From Vicugna vicugna (Eukaryota): a stretch of 64,000 bases of DNA. Each line of letters starts with the position of its first letter. Position 1 is the stretch's first letter. The notes beneath the pieces are model-generated. The model saw only the letters and a program-made list of their open reading frames with translations. It was not told the DNA's origin and searched no databases. The position numbers and the translations under genes were made by a program. Below are positions 52,254-63,887 of this stretch, piece after piece. The stretch covers positions 5,516,302 through 5,580,301 of the forward strand of contig MU058065.1 in NCBI GenBank assembly GCA_013265495.1, in the 5' to 3' direction.

Positions 52254-52690
52254 CAGTGGCTGATTTACCATGAAGCTAATGAGACCTCAGCTTCAAGGTC
52301 CCTCAGGTTGCCCAGCTCTTTCCAAGGCCCCAAGCAGTCAGTCACGTGGTCACATGTTTTTGTACATTTTTCTGAAGACATCTGAACCACAATTGGCTAA
52401 GATTTGTCTCTCTTTCCATTCTAACTCTTCCTCCGCCATACTTGCCCTCAGCCTGGGTAGCACTGGAGTGGCTGCTGGCATTTTTGGAATCTGCATAAGG
52501 GGCAGTTTGAGATGAATTTACTTTGGGTTTAGAGGGCTGTATGCATGTAGTTTGCAGTCATTTCCATGTACAGGTTAAGTTAATGCTGGCTGCCCTGGTA
52601 CAGAAAGGGCTTTCATGAATACGCCTACCAGGTACTTGGGCCCTCTCACCCATACCACAGAGGGGAGGAGCCAGAGGTCATGCTAAGGGG
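52254..52690. mobile_element. MER115/Zaphod-like hAT-Tip100 element (one end)
   Basis: gatttaccatgaagctaatgagacctcagcttcaaggtccctca...cttccaaggccc...ggagtggctgctggcatttttgg. Confidence 0.7.
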
Positions 52691-53289
52691 TCAGGTCCCC
52701 CTTATTGGACAAAGTACTTTAACCTCTCAGAGCCTGAAAGTCTCATCTTTAAAATGAGGATAGTAATGTTACCTATCCTGAAAACTGACATAGCTTATTA
52801 AAATAGATTATTAACACTAACATTTCATACTCTGTATCCAGTCATAGTGTTACCTGCTTAACATACATTATCTCAACCCCAGGGAGAGAAAAATTTGGCA
52901 ATTTATTGAAGGTAACATAGCTGACAAATTGAAGAGACAAGTGATGAATATGAACAGTCTTGCTATATGAGCCTGCTACATGCGGGCTCAACCCAGATGC
53001 TCCATGTTATCATTAATAGCTAACATTTACATGAAGCAGGGCCAAGCCAAGGCCAGGGACTCACTGAAGATTGATAGTAACCAAGGTTGGGGGGATGGGG
53101 AGGCGGGTAGGACAGACAGAAGGTCTAGGCTGTAGTCCAAGGATCAGGACAGGTATTATAAGCTGCAAGGGAAACACTAGCAAAAACAACTACCGTGTGT
53201 CAAGAATTGTGCTAGGCATATTGCACATCTTTAATGGGCTCTTTCTACATGTATTAAATCAGGAAAGGAAGTTTGAAAATAAAATAATA

Positions 53290-53720
53290 ATATTCAGTGC
53301 TGGCAATATTTTTGCAAAGCTGCTACATTCATTTATTCATGTCAGGTATGTAAACTGTTACACTCTTGGAAAGCAACTTGACACTATATATCCATATCCA
53401 TGAAGATATTCATAGCCTTTGACACATTAAGCCCACTGCTGAGAATGTACCCGAAAGAAATCTTTGAAAGGAGCAAAAGATCTATTTACACGCAGATACT
53501 CACTACAATGTTATTTGTGATAAACTCTGGAAGGCTCTGAAATGACCAAAGAGGGAAACTGATAGGTAAACGATGGCACATCACCTTGATGGAGTAACAC
53601 AGGCTCATTAAAACGATTCATGAGGTCTAAGTGAAAATACGGACTAACATATTATATGTGAAAAAAGAACTCAACGGCCAATTACACTATTTTTGCAACT
53701 ATCAATCTGTATGGATAATG
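53290..53720 (+). mobile_element. Ancient L1 (L1ME-type) fragment
   Basis: ctcttggaaagcaacttgaca...catagcctttgacaca...cccactgctgagaatgtaccc. Confidence 0.55.
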
Positions 53721-53876
53721 GCAGGAAACAAAACCAAACCTCTTCTCCTTCTTGCCCCATCCAGGATCCCCAAAGCTAGTGATGGAGTAAAGCCTTTGAT
53801 CAGAATTACCATCCCTGGCTGCCGTCTAGCACACTCCAGTCATCTTTAAGGACTCAGCTCAGACATCACCCCAGAG

Positions 53877-54075
53877 CAGTGCTTCTCCACCTCGGCACTC
53901 CTGACATTGGGGCCAGATCACTCTTCCTTGCAGCAGGCTGTCCTGTGCACTGCAGGAGGTTTAGCAACATCCCTGGCCTCTTAGATGCCAGTAGCAGCTC
54001 CCCACCCAATTCTGACAATCTAAACTGTCTCCAGACATCACCAAATGTCTCCTAAGGGACAAATCACCCTACTTC
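53877..54075. mobile_element. MER20 hAT MITE nested in an L2 remnant
   Basis: ggctgtcctgtgcactgcaggaggtttagcaacatccctggcctc...agatgccagtagca...tgtctccagacat. Confidence 0.85.
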
Positions 54076-54107
54076 CTCCTCCAACCCCCTCCTGCAGAAG
54101 GATTTCC

Positions 54108-54230
54108 ATCTATATACTCCCATTACATATCTATGCCTATATATAATATATACCTGTATGTAATATACACTATATGTAAATAAATACCTATATTCCTGTA
54201 GTATATATACCTATAATATATAAATATCTC
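54108..54230. repeat. TA-rich low-complexity tract
   Basis: Degenerate (TA)n run. Confidence 0.7.
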
Positions 54231-55154
54231 CCTTTTCTCCTTGTCATTTCATTCCATGGTTAATTCTCTACCTGTCTCTCTCCTCAGGCAGACTTTCCTT
54301 TCTTCAAGGTAGAGGCTGTATCCTGAACAGCATTATATCCCCCGTGCCAAGCACTGGGCTTGGCACACAGTAGGCGCTCAACAAGTCCTATGGAGTTCAA
54401 CAATGGCCTAGTGGATCCCAAAGCCTTTCAGAAACAAATAGCAATGACCCTAAGCTAGGGTCATAACACTTTTTTCTCTCCTAAATTAGGGTGGAAAGGA
54501 GAAGTGGATGGTATGTGTGTTAATTAGTGGGGGAAAAAACTAGACTTTATCCTTTTCGCTGACAGAGTTGTTCAAAAAAGTTTGGAGTTGTGTTGGGGAA
54601 TACCATCAATGAGTTTCCTAGTTTGAGATCTTGCTAAACCACACCCATTGGGACTAAACTGTATAATTCTAAGAGAAAAACAAGAAGGCATAGTCCCAAA
54701 GCTTCAAGGCATTGATTTACAGTTGGTGAAACCTTCCCTAAATCTCATCCGACATTACTTCCAATAAGATATCCTGTGAGTCCCCAGTGAATAGACCAAG
54801 TAAAATCGTGCTTACCCTGGGATGTGAGAATTTGGATGAGCCATGGGGTGGAAGCCACTGTAATCAGGGACATGAGGCACTAGAGCTCAGAGTCAGATTC
54901 CAGAAAGATAGATGCTGAGTCGTCTCAAACGTTCTTGAGAAGAATAGGGGAAAAAAAAAACAAAAACAAAAAAACAAGAGAAGCGTGGATTTACTTTCTA
55001 TTGGATAAGCAAAAGCCTTCCCTCCAGCAAAATCTATGTAAATAACCTTGATATAGAATACCTCTGAAAGAAACTGAGCTTCTAACAGATAAATGGAGCC
55101 TTTGGGGAATTTCCCTAAGATTTTAAATGAGCTTGGAGAGTAGCTGGGCAGGAT

Positions 55155-55470
55155 CTCGGCGCCACCCTCGCTGGACTAAAGGCAGCGCGCGCGTGCGTGC
55201 GTCTGTGCGTGCGTGCGTGCGTGCACGCGCGCGTAGACCACGTCCGTTCCTCGGGGGTTCATTGGGTCGTCCGGTCTCTATGCGCAGCCCTCCGGGAAGA
55301 AGAATGGCTGGAATCGGCGAGAGCAGAGCCAGCGTTAAGGAGCCCTGCTTCCGCAGGTGTCCTCTGCACACGTGGAAGCGTGCTTCCCCTCCCATCCAAC
55401 TCGGGCGGCTGAATAACCCCGGCCCAGCCCCCTGCCACCCTGGCCTGGAAAAAGTGTCCTGCACGGACCT
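55155..55470. promoter_or_regulatory. Small CpG-rich patch (candidate promoter/enhancer)
   Basis: Locally high CpG density in non-transposon sequence, including a (CG)n/(CGTG)n tract. Confidence 0.45.
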
Positions 55471-55789
55471 GTAAACCCCAAAACTTCTTGGCTCCTTTCT
55501 CCAGTAGAGCTGAAAGCAGCCTTCAAGTGGTGAGTGGGAGTAAGAGGGGGTGGGGTCTGGGTTGCATCCAAGAACTCCCAGGAGACCCTCTTAAGATAAA
55601 TCTGCTTGCAGTGGTAACTCAGCCCCCAGTTAAAGACCCTCCCCCAGTGCGCTGAGTCTGGCAGTCCCCCATGGGAGCTAAGGCTCAGTCAGTACACCCG
55701 GGAGACGTAATAAACCACCCTCAAAACGTTCTCTGAGAAGAACAAACCACTCCTCACTGAGGTCATCTGCCCCGTTCCCTCACCCCTTG

Positions 55790-56120
55790 ACTTTCCTTTC
55801 TCAATGATGGTACCTCTTTGGCCTCCAGGCTGGAGGTCACCCCTGAGAGAGGCCTTCCCTGTCTACTCTATTCTAAATAAGTTTCTTCGGCGAATGTGAT
55901 GGTGTCTCCCTGTGCACGTTTTCATGTCCCCCTCTATGCTGGGTTCAGGTCTCTGGTGTAAGTATGTATCTCCTCCTCCCTACTTGAAGCTCCCTGAGGA
56001 AAGAGATCATGCCCATCCTGCTCACCTGACCTCTGCCCAAGCCCAGCAAAGTGCCTGGGACATAGCAGGCTCTTCATGAGTATTGTTAAATCCATTCTTC
56101 GTTTATTTATTCATTCATTA
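55790..56120 (+). mobile_element. L2 3' end
   Basis: gagaggccttccctgtctactcta...gaagctccctgagg...agtgcctgggacatagcaggctc. Confidence 0.6.
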
Positions 56121-58087
56121 ACCAATAAAGATTCTTCTCCAGAGAAGGTGTTGGCCGGTGGGTGGAAGGAGCTGGGACACTGGTGTATCAGTGCCAGCTG
56201 TGCCAGGCTCAGTTCTCCCCTCTTCATGCCCCAGCAGGTAAATGAGTGTGCCCACAGACCAGGTGTCTCATTCTTACTTGTCATGTGCCCTGTGGCTAAT
56301 GCAGGAATAATGCCATCTTAGCATGGTCTGACCTTGTCCTCAAAGCCATAATAAATCCCAGGTAATGGGGTTTGCTAAAGGCAGATGTTGCAACCAAATA
56401 AGAAGGCTCAAATTTCAGGAGAAATTCTTTAAATTCTATAGTTTATGGGTGGGAGCCCAGGAATCTGAGAAAGTCCAGTTTCAGGGCTTCTGCCAACTTG
56501 TAGCTTGTAGGATCTCCCCCTGGACAGGCTGGTAACCACCATCACCATCTGAGTGCCTGTCTCATGTTGGGGCCCAAGCTGATATCCAGCTCATATCTTT
56601 TCCTGAGACCTCTAGCCTCTGAGCGCAAGGCTGTAAAGTGTAATTCACACCAGACATATCTAAGTGTCCATGCTTAAAGCCAGACCTCGGTTAGACTAAC
56701 CCAGAGGGAAGGGAAGAAAACATGAAAGATGAAAGGATAACAGCACCAATAGAGTCTTGAAAAGGTTAGAAGACAAATTTGACCTAATTTGCCTGTTGCC
56801 TAGGATGGGGCCTGTACCCCCTGCTGCCCTGGGGAGCTGAGAGACCGCAGCAACAAAAAACAGTGGACCCCTGCGTCCCATCCCCACTTCACTGCTACGT
56901 TCTCATGTGTCTTGCTTTTGTCCCCTGCTTGGATTAATAAACAGGAAGACTGGTCTTCTGAAACATGTGTAAAACCAGAGTGTAACCTGGAAATTGAAGA
57001 ACAGAGCTCAATAAATCACTCTGAGACAACCCCTAAGTCATGACCCATGTGCCTAATTCCAAATACTCGATCTGCAGTGGCCCTTCCCCCTCGGAGGACA
57101 TGAAATAAGCCAAACATGATCAGGTTATCTAATTTAGCAGGCAGCTAGAATGCAGTAATAACCATGCCTCCAACGTGAGAACTAGTCCAAATAAATCTTA
57201 AAGCACATTAAGTTTGGGCCTATCGAATATTAAAGCTCAACAGGTTTCATTAATTTCCTGAAATGTACTTATTTAGACAAACTGAACATAAATTCTGTTT
57301 GGGTGATAATCCCTTTGAATCCCTAAATCCCACTTTTGGTTTTCAATCTCGGACAAACAAAGGAAGAAAACTAAATTACTCAACTTCAGTCCCCAAACAT
57401 CTTGGCAACTTTGGACCAACTGAAAGCTTCAGATGGGATTCTCATTTGTCTTCCTCCAAATCTCCGAGTTCCGTGGAAGGTTTCTGGATGATCAACTGAA
57501 TATGGTACAAACTCCATGGAGAGCACTTCAGTGGTGTTGTGGCCAAGAAGTTTTAAAAACAGTAACATCAGACTCTTTTAAAGCATTTAGGGATTTTTCT
57601 TTTCTTCTCTTACTGTTTTTTTCCTTTGGTATTGTATCCACCTTCCTCGGGTGTATCTAACCAACTACAAATATCTAAAAGGCATTTTAAACCTTATTAA
57701 AAGGCTGCTTTTCTTACTGACAATACAAGTAAGTAACAGTAGCCTCTAAATTTAATCCATTAACATTTGAGCCTTTCCAGCTTCAAATATGTATGAAATG
57801 TCGCAAAAGTTGTAAACAAGAAAACATCTAGGCAAAAACATAAGGAAACCAGTGAGGCAAATTCAGGGAGCTTTGTTGAAAATTTGTATTCTCTCCACTC
57901 AGACCTCAACACCAAACACTTTTGGCAAAGTGACGTTTTATTATTACTTGAACTTTTACCCTAAATTCCGCATGTGGAGTGTGCCGTTTTCCCAGACTAA
58001 TTAGACCTCAGTAACTTCCAGTCAAAGCAGCAGAAGGCTGATTCTCTCTATCCCCCTCTAAAATTTTCAACCAAGGTTCAGGTTTTA

Positions 58088-58193
58088 ACTTTTTTTTTAA
58101 CTTGAAATTTATTTTTTATTATATAAGTTTCAGGTGTACAGCATTATAGGTCAACATCTGTATACACTAAAGCATGAGCATTTCACAAGTCTA
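58088..58193 (-). mobile_element. L1 extreme 3' end (polyA plus ~90 nt)
   Basis: polyT then ttatataagtttcaggtgtacagcat...tgtatacac...aagtcta, an antisense laurasiatherian-type L1 terminus. Confidence 0.7.
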
Positions 58194-58768
58194 CCCAGGC
58201 CCATAGTGGCTAGTAGTAGTATTGGCCACTCAGTCCTGACCATGGGCTGTGTGCACTGGACTTAAGACACATCAGCGTCACACTGAGCCCTCACAGAAGA
58301 CCTGTTGTTCCCATTTTATGGAAAATTAAACTGAGTCGTAATGTTACGTGACCTATTCAAGGTCACAAAGTTTTCAGCCTTTAGGCCCTCATCTGCCTGG
58401 CTCTGACATCCAGCCTTTCACCGCTCAGTTGCTGTCAGTGTCACCTCCATTTTGATGGGCCAAGCCAGAGCTCCCTGCAGTGTGTGAGAGAAACTAGAAG
58501 AGAAGAGAGTTGGGAAGAAATGGTAAAGGAATAACACCTGTTGATCCTGAGTAGCAACTGTATGCCATGGCCCTGCGTACTCTTTCCCTACTGTAGAACT
58601 TCTTCAAAATAAAAATTGTTTTAACAGAAAGAGATGAAGGAAAGAAGACCAGAAAACACAGGACTGGGTCAGAAGGTGGGGCCGGGCCTGTGTTGCAGCG
58701 GGGCCTGGGCAGGGGCTCAGGGCAGCTCTCCTGCACAAGAGCCCCAGTGCTCCCTGGGCCCGGCTGCC

Positions 58769-61567
58769 TGTACAGCTGACCCACTCCATCCATTTCGCCC
58801 ACCCCCAAAACCCCTTCTCTCTGGTAACCACTAATATGTCCTCTGTATCTATGAGTTTGTTTTTGTTTTATTTTGTTTGTTCTTTGGTTTGAGGGGCTTA
58901 GGAGGGTTGAGGTTTCTTTTAGATTCCACGTATGAGTGAAATCATATGGTATTTGTCTTTCTCCATCTGATTTATTGCACTTAGGCTAATACCCTCAAGG
59001 TGCATTTGTGTTGTCACAAATGACAGAATTTCATTCTCTTTTATGGCTGAGTGGTATTCCTTTGAATATATATACCACATCTTCTTTATCCATTCATCTG
59101 TCAATGAACACTTAGGTTGTTCCCATGTCTTGGCTAGCACAGATAATGCTGCAATGAATATAGGAATGCATATATCTTTTTGAATTAGTGTTTTCATTTT
59201 CTTTGGATACATACCCAGAAGTGGAATAGCTGGGTCATATGGTAGTTCTGTTCTTAACTATTTGTGGAATCTCCATACTGTGGCTGTACCAGTTTACATT
59301 CCTACCAGTAGTGTACAAGGGTTCCCTTTTCTCCACATTCTCACCAACATTTATTATTCCTTGCCTTTTTAATAATAGCTGTTCTAACAAGTGTGAGGTG
59401 ATATCTCATTGTGGTTTTCATTTTCATTTCCCTGATAACTAGTGATGTTGAGCATCTTTTCACGTGCCTGTTGGTCATCTGTATGTCTTCTTTGGAAATA
59501 CGCCTGTATGATCCTCTGCCTAGTTTTTATTAAGGTTGTTTGTTTTTATTGTTGAATTGTATGACTTCTTTACATATTTTCATTATTAACCTCTAATCGG
59601 ATATATGATTTGCAAATATTCTCTCACATTCAGAAGACTGCCTTTTTGTTTTGATGATGGTTTCCTTTGCTGTGCAGAAGCTTTTCAGTTTGATGTAGTC
59701 CAATTTGTTTATTTTTGCTTTTGTTTCCCTTGCCTCTGGAGGCAGACCCACAAAATCATCACTAAGACTGATGTCAATGAAATTATCACCTATGTTTTCT
59801 TCTAGAATTTTATGGTTTCAGGTCTTATGTTAAAGTCTTTAATCCATTTTAAGTTGATTTTTGTGTATGGTATAAGATAGTGGTCTAGAGTCATTCCTTT
59901 TACAGGTAGCTGTTCAGTTTTCCAAACACCATTTATTGAAGAGACTGTCCTTTCTCCATGTTCTTTGCCCCTTTGTCATAGATTAATTGTCCATATATGT
60001 GTGGGTTTCTTTCTGGGCTGTCAATTCTGTTCCATTGTCTATGTGTCTATTTTTGTGCCAATGCTATACTGTTTTGAGTACTATAGCTTTGTAGTATAGT
60101 TTGAAATCAAGGAGTATTACCTCCAGGAGTACTACCTCCAGTTTGTTCTTCTTTCTCAAGATTGTTTTGGCTATTCAGGATTTTTTGTTGTTTCATACAA
60201 ATTTTAGAATTGTTTGTTCTAGTTCTGTGAAAAATGACACTGGCATATTTAGGGATTGAATCTGTAGTTTGCTTTGGGTAGTATGGGCTTGTTAGCAATA
60301 ACAGTTCTTCCAATCTATGAGCACAGAATGTCTTCCAATTTCTTTTGGTATCTTCTTTAATTTCTTTCATCAGTGTCTTACAGTTTTCAGTGTCAGGTCT
60401 TTCACCTCTTTGGTTAAATTTATTCCTTCTTTTTGGTACAATTATAAATGAGAATGTTTCTCTATTTCCCTTTCTAGTAGTTCATTATCAGCGTGTAAAA
60501 ACACAACTAATTTCCATATACTGATTTTATATCTTGTGAGTTTACTGAATGTGTTAGTTTTAACAGTTTTTTGGTGGAGCCTTTAGGATTTTCTGTATGT
60601 AGTATCATGTCATCTGAAAATAGTGATGGTTTCATTTTTTTCCTTTCTGGTTTGGATGCCTTTTTTGCCTAATTACTGTGGCTGGGAATTCCAATACTAT
60701 GTTGAATACAAATGGTGAGAGTCAGCATCTTTGTCTTGTTCCCAATCTTAGAGGAAAAACTTTCAGCTTTTTGCCATCGAGTATGATATAGCTTTGGGTT
60801 TGTCGTGTATGGTCGTTACTATGTTGAAGTACATTCTCCCTGTACCCACTCTATTGAGAGTTTTTATCATAAGTGGAAATTGAATTTTATCAAATTTTTC
60901 TGTACCTATTAAGATGATCATACAGATTTCATTCTTCATTTTGTTAACGTGAAGTATCACTGTGATTGATTTGAAGATGTTGAACCATCCTTGTATCCCT
61001 GGGATATATCCCACTTGATTGTGATGTATGGTCCATTTCATGTATTGTTGGATTCAGTTCGCTAATATTTTGTTGAGGATTTTTGCATTAATAATCATCA
61101 AGGATCTTGGCCTGAAATTTTCTTTTTCTGTCATGTCCCTGTCTGATTTTAGTATCAGGGTAATGCTAGCTTTGTAAAATGTGTTTAGAAGATTTCCCTC
61201 CTCTTCAATTTTTTAGAATAATTTGAGAAAGATAGAGATTAACTCTTCTTTGAATGTTTTGTAGAATTAGACAGTGAAGCCATCTGGTCTTGGGCTTTTG
61301 TTTGTTGGGAGCTTTTGATTACCATTTCAATCTCCTTATTAGTAATCAGTCTGTATAGATTTCTAGTTCTTCATGATTCTGTCTTGGAAGATTGATGTTT
61401 CCAGGAGTTTATCCATTTCCTCTAAGCTGTCCAGTCTGTTGGAGTATAACTGTTCATAGTAGTCCCTTATGAGCCTGTGTATTTTTGTGAGATCATCTGT
61501 AATTTTTCCTCTTTCATTTCTTTGTTTTAAAGTCTATTTTGTCTGATATGAGTATAGCTACTCCAAC
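58769..61567 (-). mobile_element. Degenerate L1 (3' UTR, ORF2 C-terminal/RT region, small EN fragment)
   Basis: ORF fragments [40 protein letters not shown] (RT), RDYYEQLYSNRLDSLEEMDKLL, GVAILISDKIDFKT (EN); many stops and frameshifts. Confidence 0.95.
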
Positions 61568-61770
61568 ATTTGTACTCTTGCCTTGAGGCAGGGAAATCTC
61601 TGCAGGGTGATTTTTGCATTAGGTCACCCTGCAGGTTAGGCTGAGGCTGGAACAGCATCTGAAATCTCACCCTGTCCTGCTTCCCCACTCCCTTACTTGT
61701 CTCCCCTGGGAGAACATCCCTAATAGTCACTTCACATGAACACACGTGAAGGAACCCAACCTGAGACAAG
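61568..61770 (+). mobile_element. LTR16-like ERVL LTR 3' part
   Basis: ggctgaggctgg...ccctgtcctgcttccccactcccttac...ctcccctgggagaaca...ggaacccaacctgagaca. Confidence 0.6.
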
Positions 61771-62264
61771 AGGAAAGTGCCAAGGATAATTCCTTGTTTG
61801 ATTTTAACCTAATTAGACCTAAGTAGCATCAACCCAAAGCAGCATAACTGAATGTCCCGCCTCCCTCCATGCCCCAAAAAAAATCAAGACTCAGATTTCT
61901 TTCACTGAAGCAAGAACTTCCAGAAGCATTGGCTCCAGTCCCATCACAGAGCGTTGAAAGCACTAGAATGCCTTTTCATGGTTAGTGTCCTCTGACACTC
62001 TGGAGCCCCGTGAAACTTCAGTAGCCACAGAGGAGAGAGGCACTAGCTGCCTTAAGCAGGAGTAATAGTCAAAATATTTAACAACAGCATGGCATAGGTA
62101 CCAGCCAATTAGGCTAGATGGAAGCTGTAAACAATCTTTATCCCTTGGTTTTCTAATTCTTGGTCATAAAGAAAATAACCCGCGGCAACCTGTAGGCTAT
62201 TCGAGCTCCAAGGCAACATCCTAAACTTCTTTGTTACTTCCCCAGTGCCCGGTTAAAACAGTCA

Positions 62265-62410
62265 ACCCCAGGTCTGCCATTTACTATCTGGGTGCCCTCA
62301 AACAAGGTATTTAATCTCCTGAGCCTTTGTTTCTTTTTCTGTGAAACAGAATAATAGTACCCTTAATAGGGTTGTTAGGAAGATTAAATGAGAGACAATG
62401 CATATAAACA
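62265..62410 (+). mobile_element. MIR SINE
   Basis: ttaatctcctgagcctttgtttc...ctgtgaaa...ataatagtaccc...tagggttgttaggaagattaaatgaga. Confidence 0.75.
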
Positions 62411-62830
62411 TGAGTGGGGGTAAACTAAAGGGATACAAAAGTAAGCCTTGAAATTGACAATTCCTTAAACACAAAATATTTCTTACTCACATGATAGACC
62501 CAAGATTGTGAACCTGGTTGGCACTGACCTTACTCTACGTGGTGATTCAGTGACCCATACTCACTTCATCTCGTGGCTCTAGGTTCATGTTATCATCTGC
62601 ATACAGCAACAAAGGGAGAGGGTAAGGAGGATACATAGCCATTCCTTTAAAGGGCTCAGCCTAGAAGTGGTATGCACCCCTTCCCCCACAGTGGTGTGGA
62701 GGGACTTGGTCTTACCTCACTGCAAGAGAGTCTGGGGAATGTAATTTGGCCATGTACCTGGTTACAGCCGTATCACTGGAGAGGAAGCAGGGACTGGATT
62801 CTGATAGCCAACTTGCATTCTGTACCCCAG
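62410..62830 (-). mobile_element. Old MaLR LTR (MLT1-type)
   Basis: tatttcttactcacatg, ctcagcctagaagtgg, gtctggggaatgtaat. Confidence 0.5.
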
Positions 62831-63887
62831 CACTCAATGCACGTAAGCTATTGTTGTCATTATTGTTCTTTTCATTAGGTAAACTATAGGTGCTTGAGGC
62901 TTGCTTGAATGACTCAGTGAAAAGTGGAAGGAAGAAAATGGATACTGCAGGGTAGAAATGAGAATAGAGATGAGTTGAGAGAGGAATGTCTGTAAGAGTG
63001 GTACCCAAAATGCAAGTTATCGAGGGAGCAGCTCATGCCCACTGCATCAGGAGATGCTACCACTGGACTCTCCCTGGGACTTTCCGCCAGGAGCCTGACA
63101 CATGCACCCAGCCAGGTCTACCAATAGTGACAGCACCCAGACAATCTGAGAGCATCACACTCAGGAAAACCCTCTCTTGCCTTAAACTCCAGGTTGTTTT
63201 AAGTAGTCAATTTTAACTAATTTGCACTCTCAGTTTTGAGTGGGTTAAGGGCCAGAGGAAAAAGTCTGCCACTCTGACTATACCCGAGGAGTGTGCTAAA
63301 TTCTGCTGGATGGTAATTAGCATCCTGCTTCTTTACTCTGCTCATACAGTATTTTCAAATCAATTGCTCAGCATTAGTGATTCTGCTGGGATTGATTTAA
63401 TAGTCTAATATGAAGTCTTAGCCCTTCTGTACAGGTTAATTACATGTGGTCTTATACATTCTAATTTAAAATACTGCCTTTGCAATTATCATCAGCACTA
63501 AAACGGAGCACTAGTAATGAAGCTGGGCTCGAATTTTTTTCCAGAAGTAATGAATTGAAAAACCGAAATGACTTTTAATTTCTTTGGCACTTAACCATTT
63601 TAATCTCTCTTCTCTTCTGTGGGAAATGTAAATCAGCGTCTCCTCCTTATTTCAGATTGTTGTGAAAACAGGCAAGATTGCCTTAAAGAAAGGAGAAGCT
63701 TTTGGTTTTGAAACAGCCAAGACTTGACTGAGTTTTGACCAACAGAAAGGCTACTTCCTCTCCACTAATCCCCCAGTTAGGTATGTATTTATGTGTTAAT
63801 GTGTGTATTTGACAAACGTATATATGGTGTTTACTAGGTGGCAGATACTGTTCTAGAGCTTTATAAATATTAACAACCCTGTAAGGT

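Noticed and set aside
55157..55175. CTCF-like CGGCGCCACCCTCGCTGG
   Set aside because: Needs a 2-nt insertion to fit the core consensus.
58919..61041. ORFs resembling reverse transcriptase
   Set aside because: Broken fragments of a dead L1 ORF2; not a gene, retron or other novel RT system.
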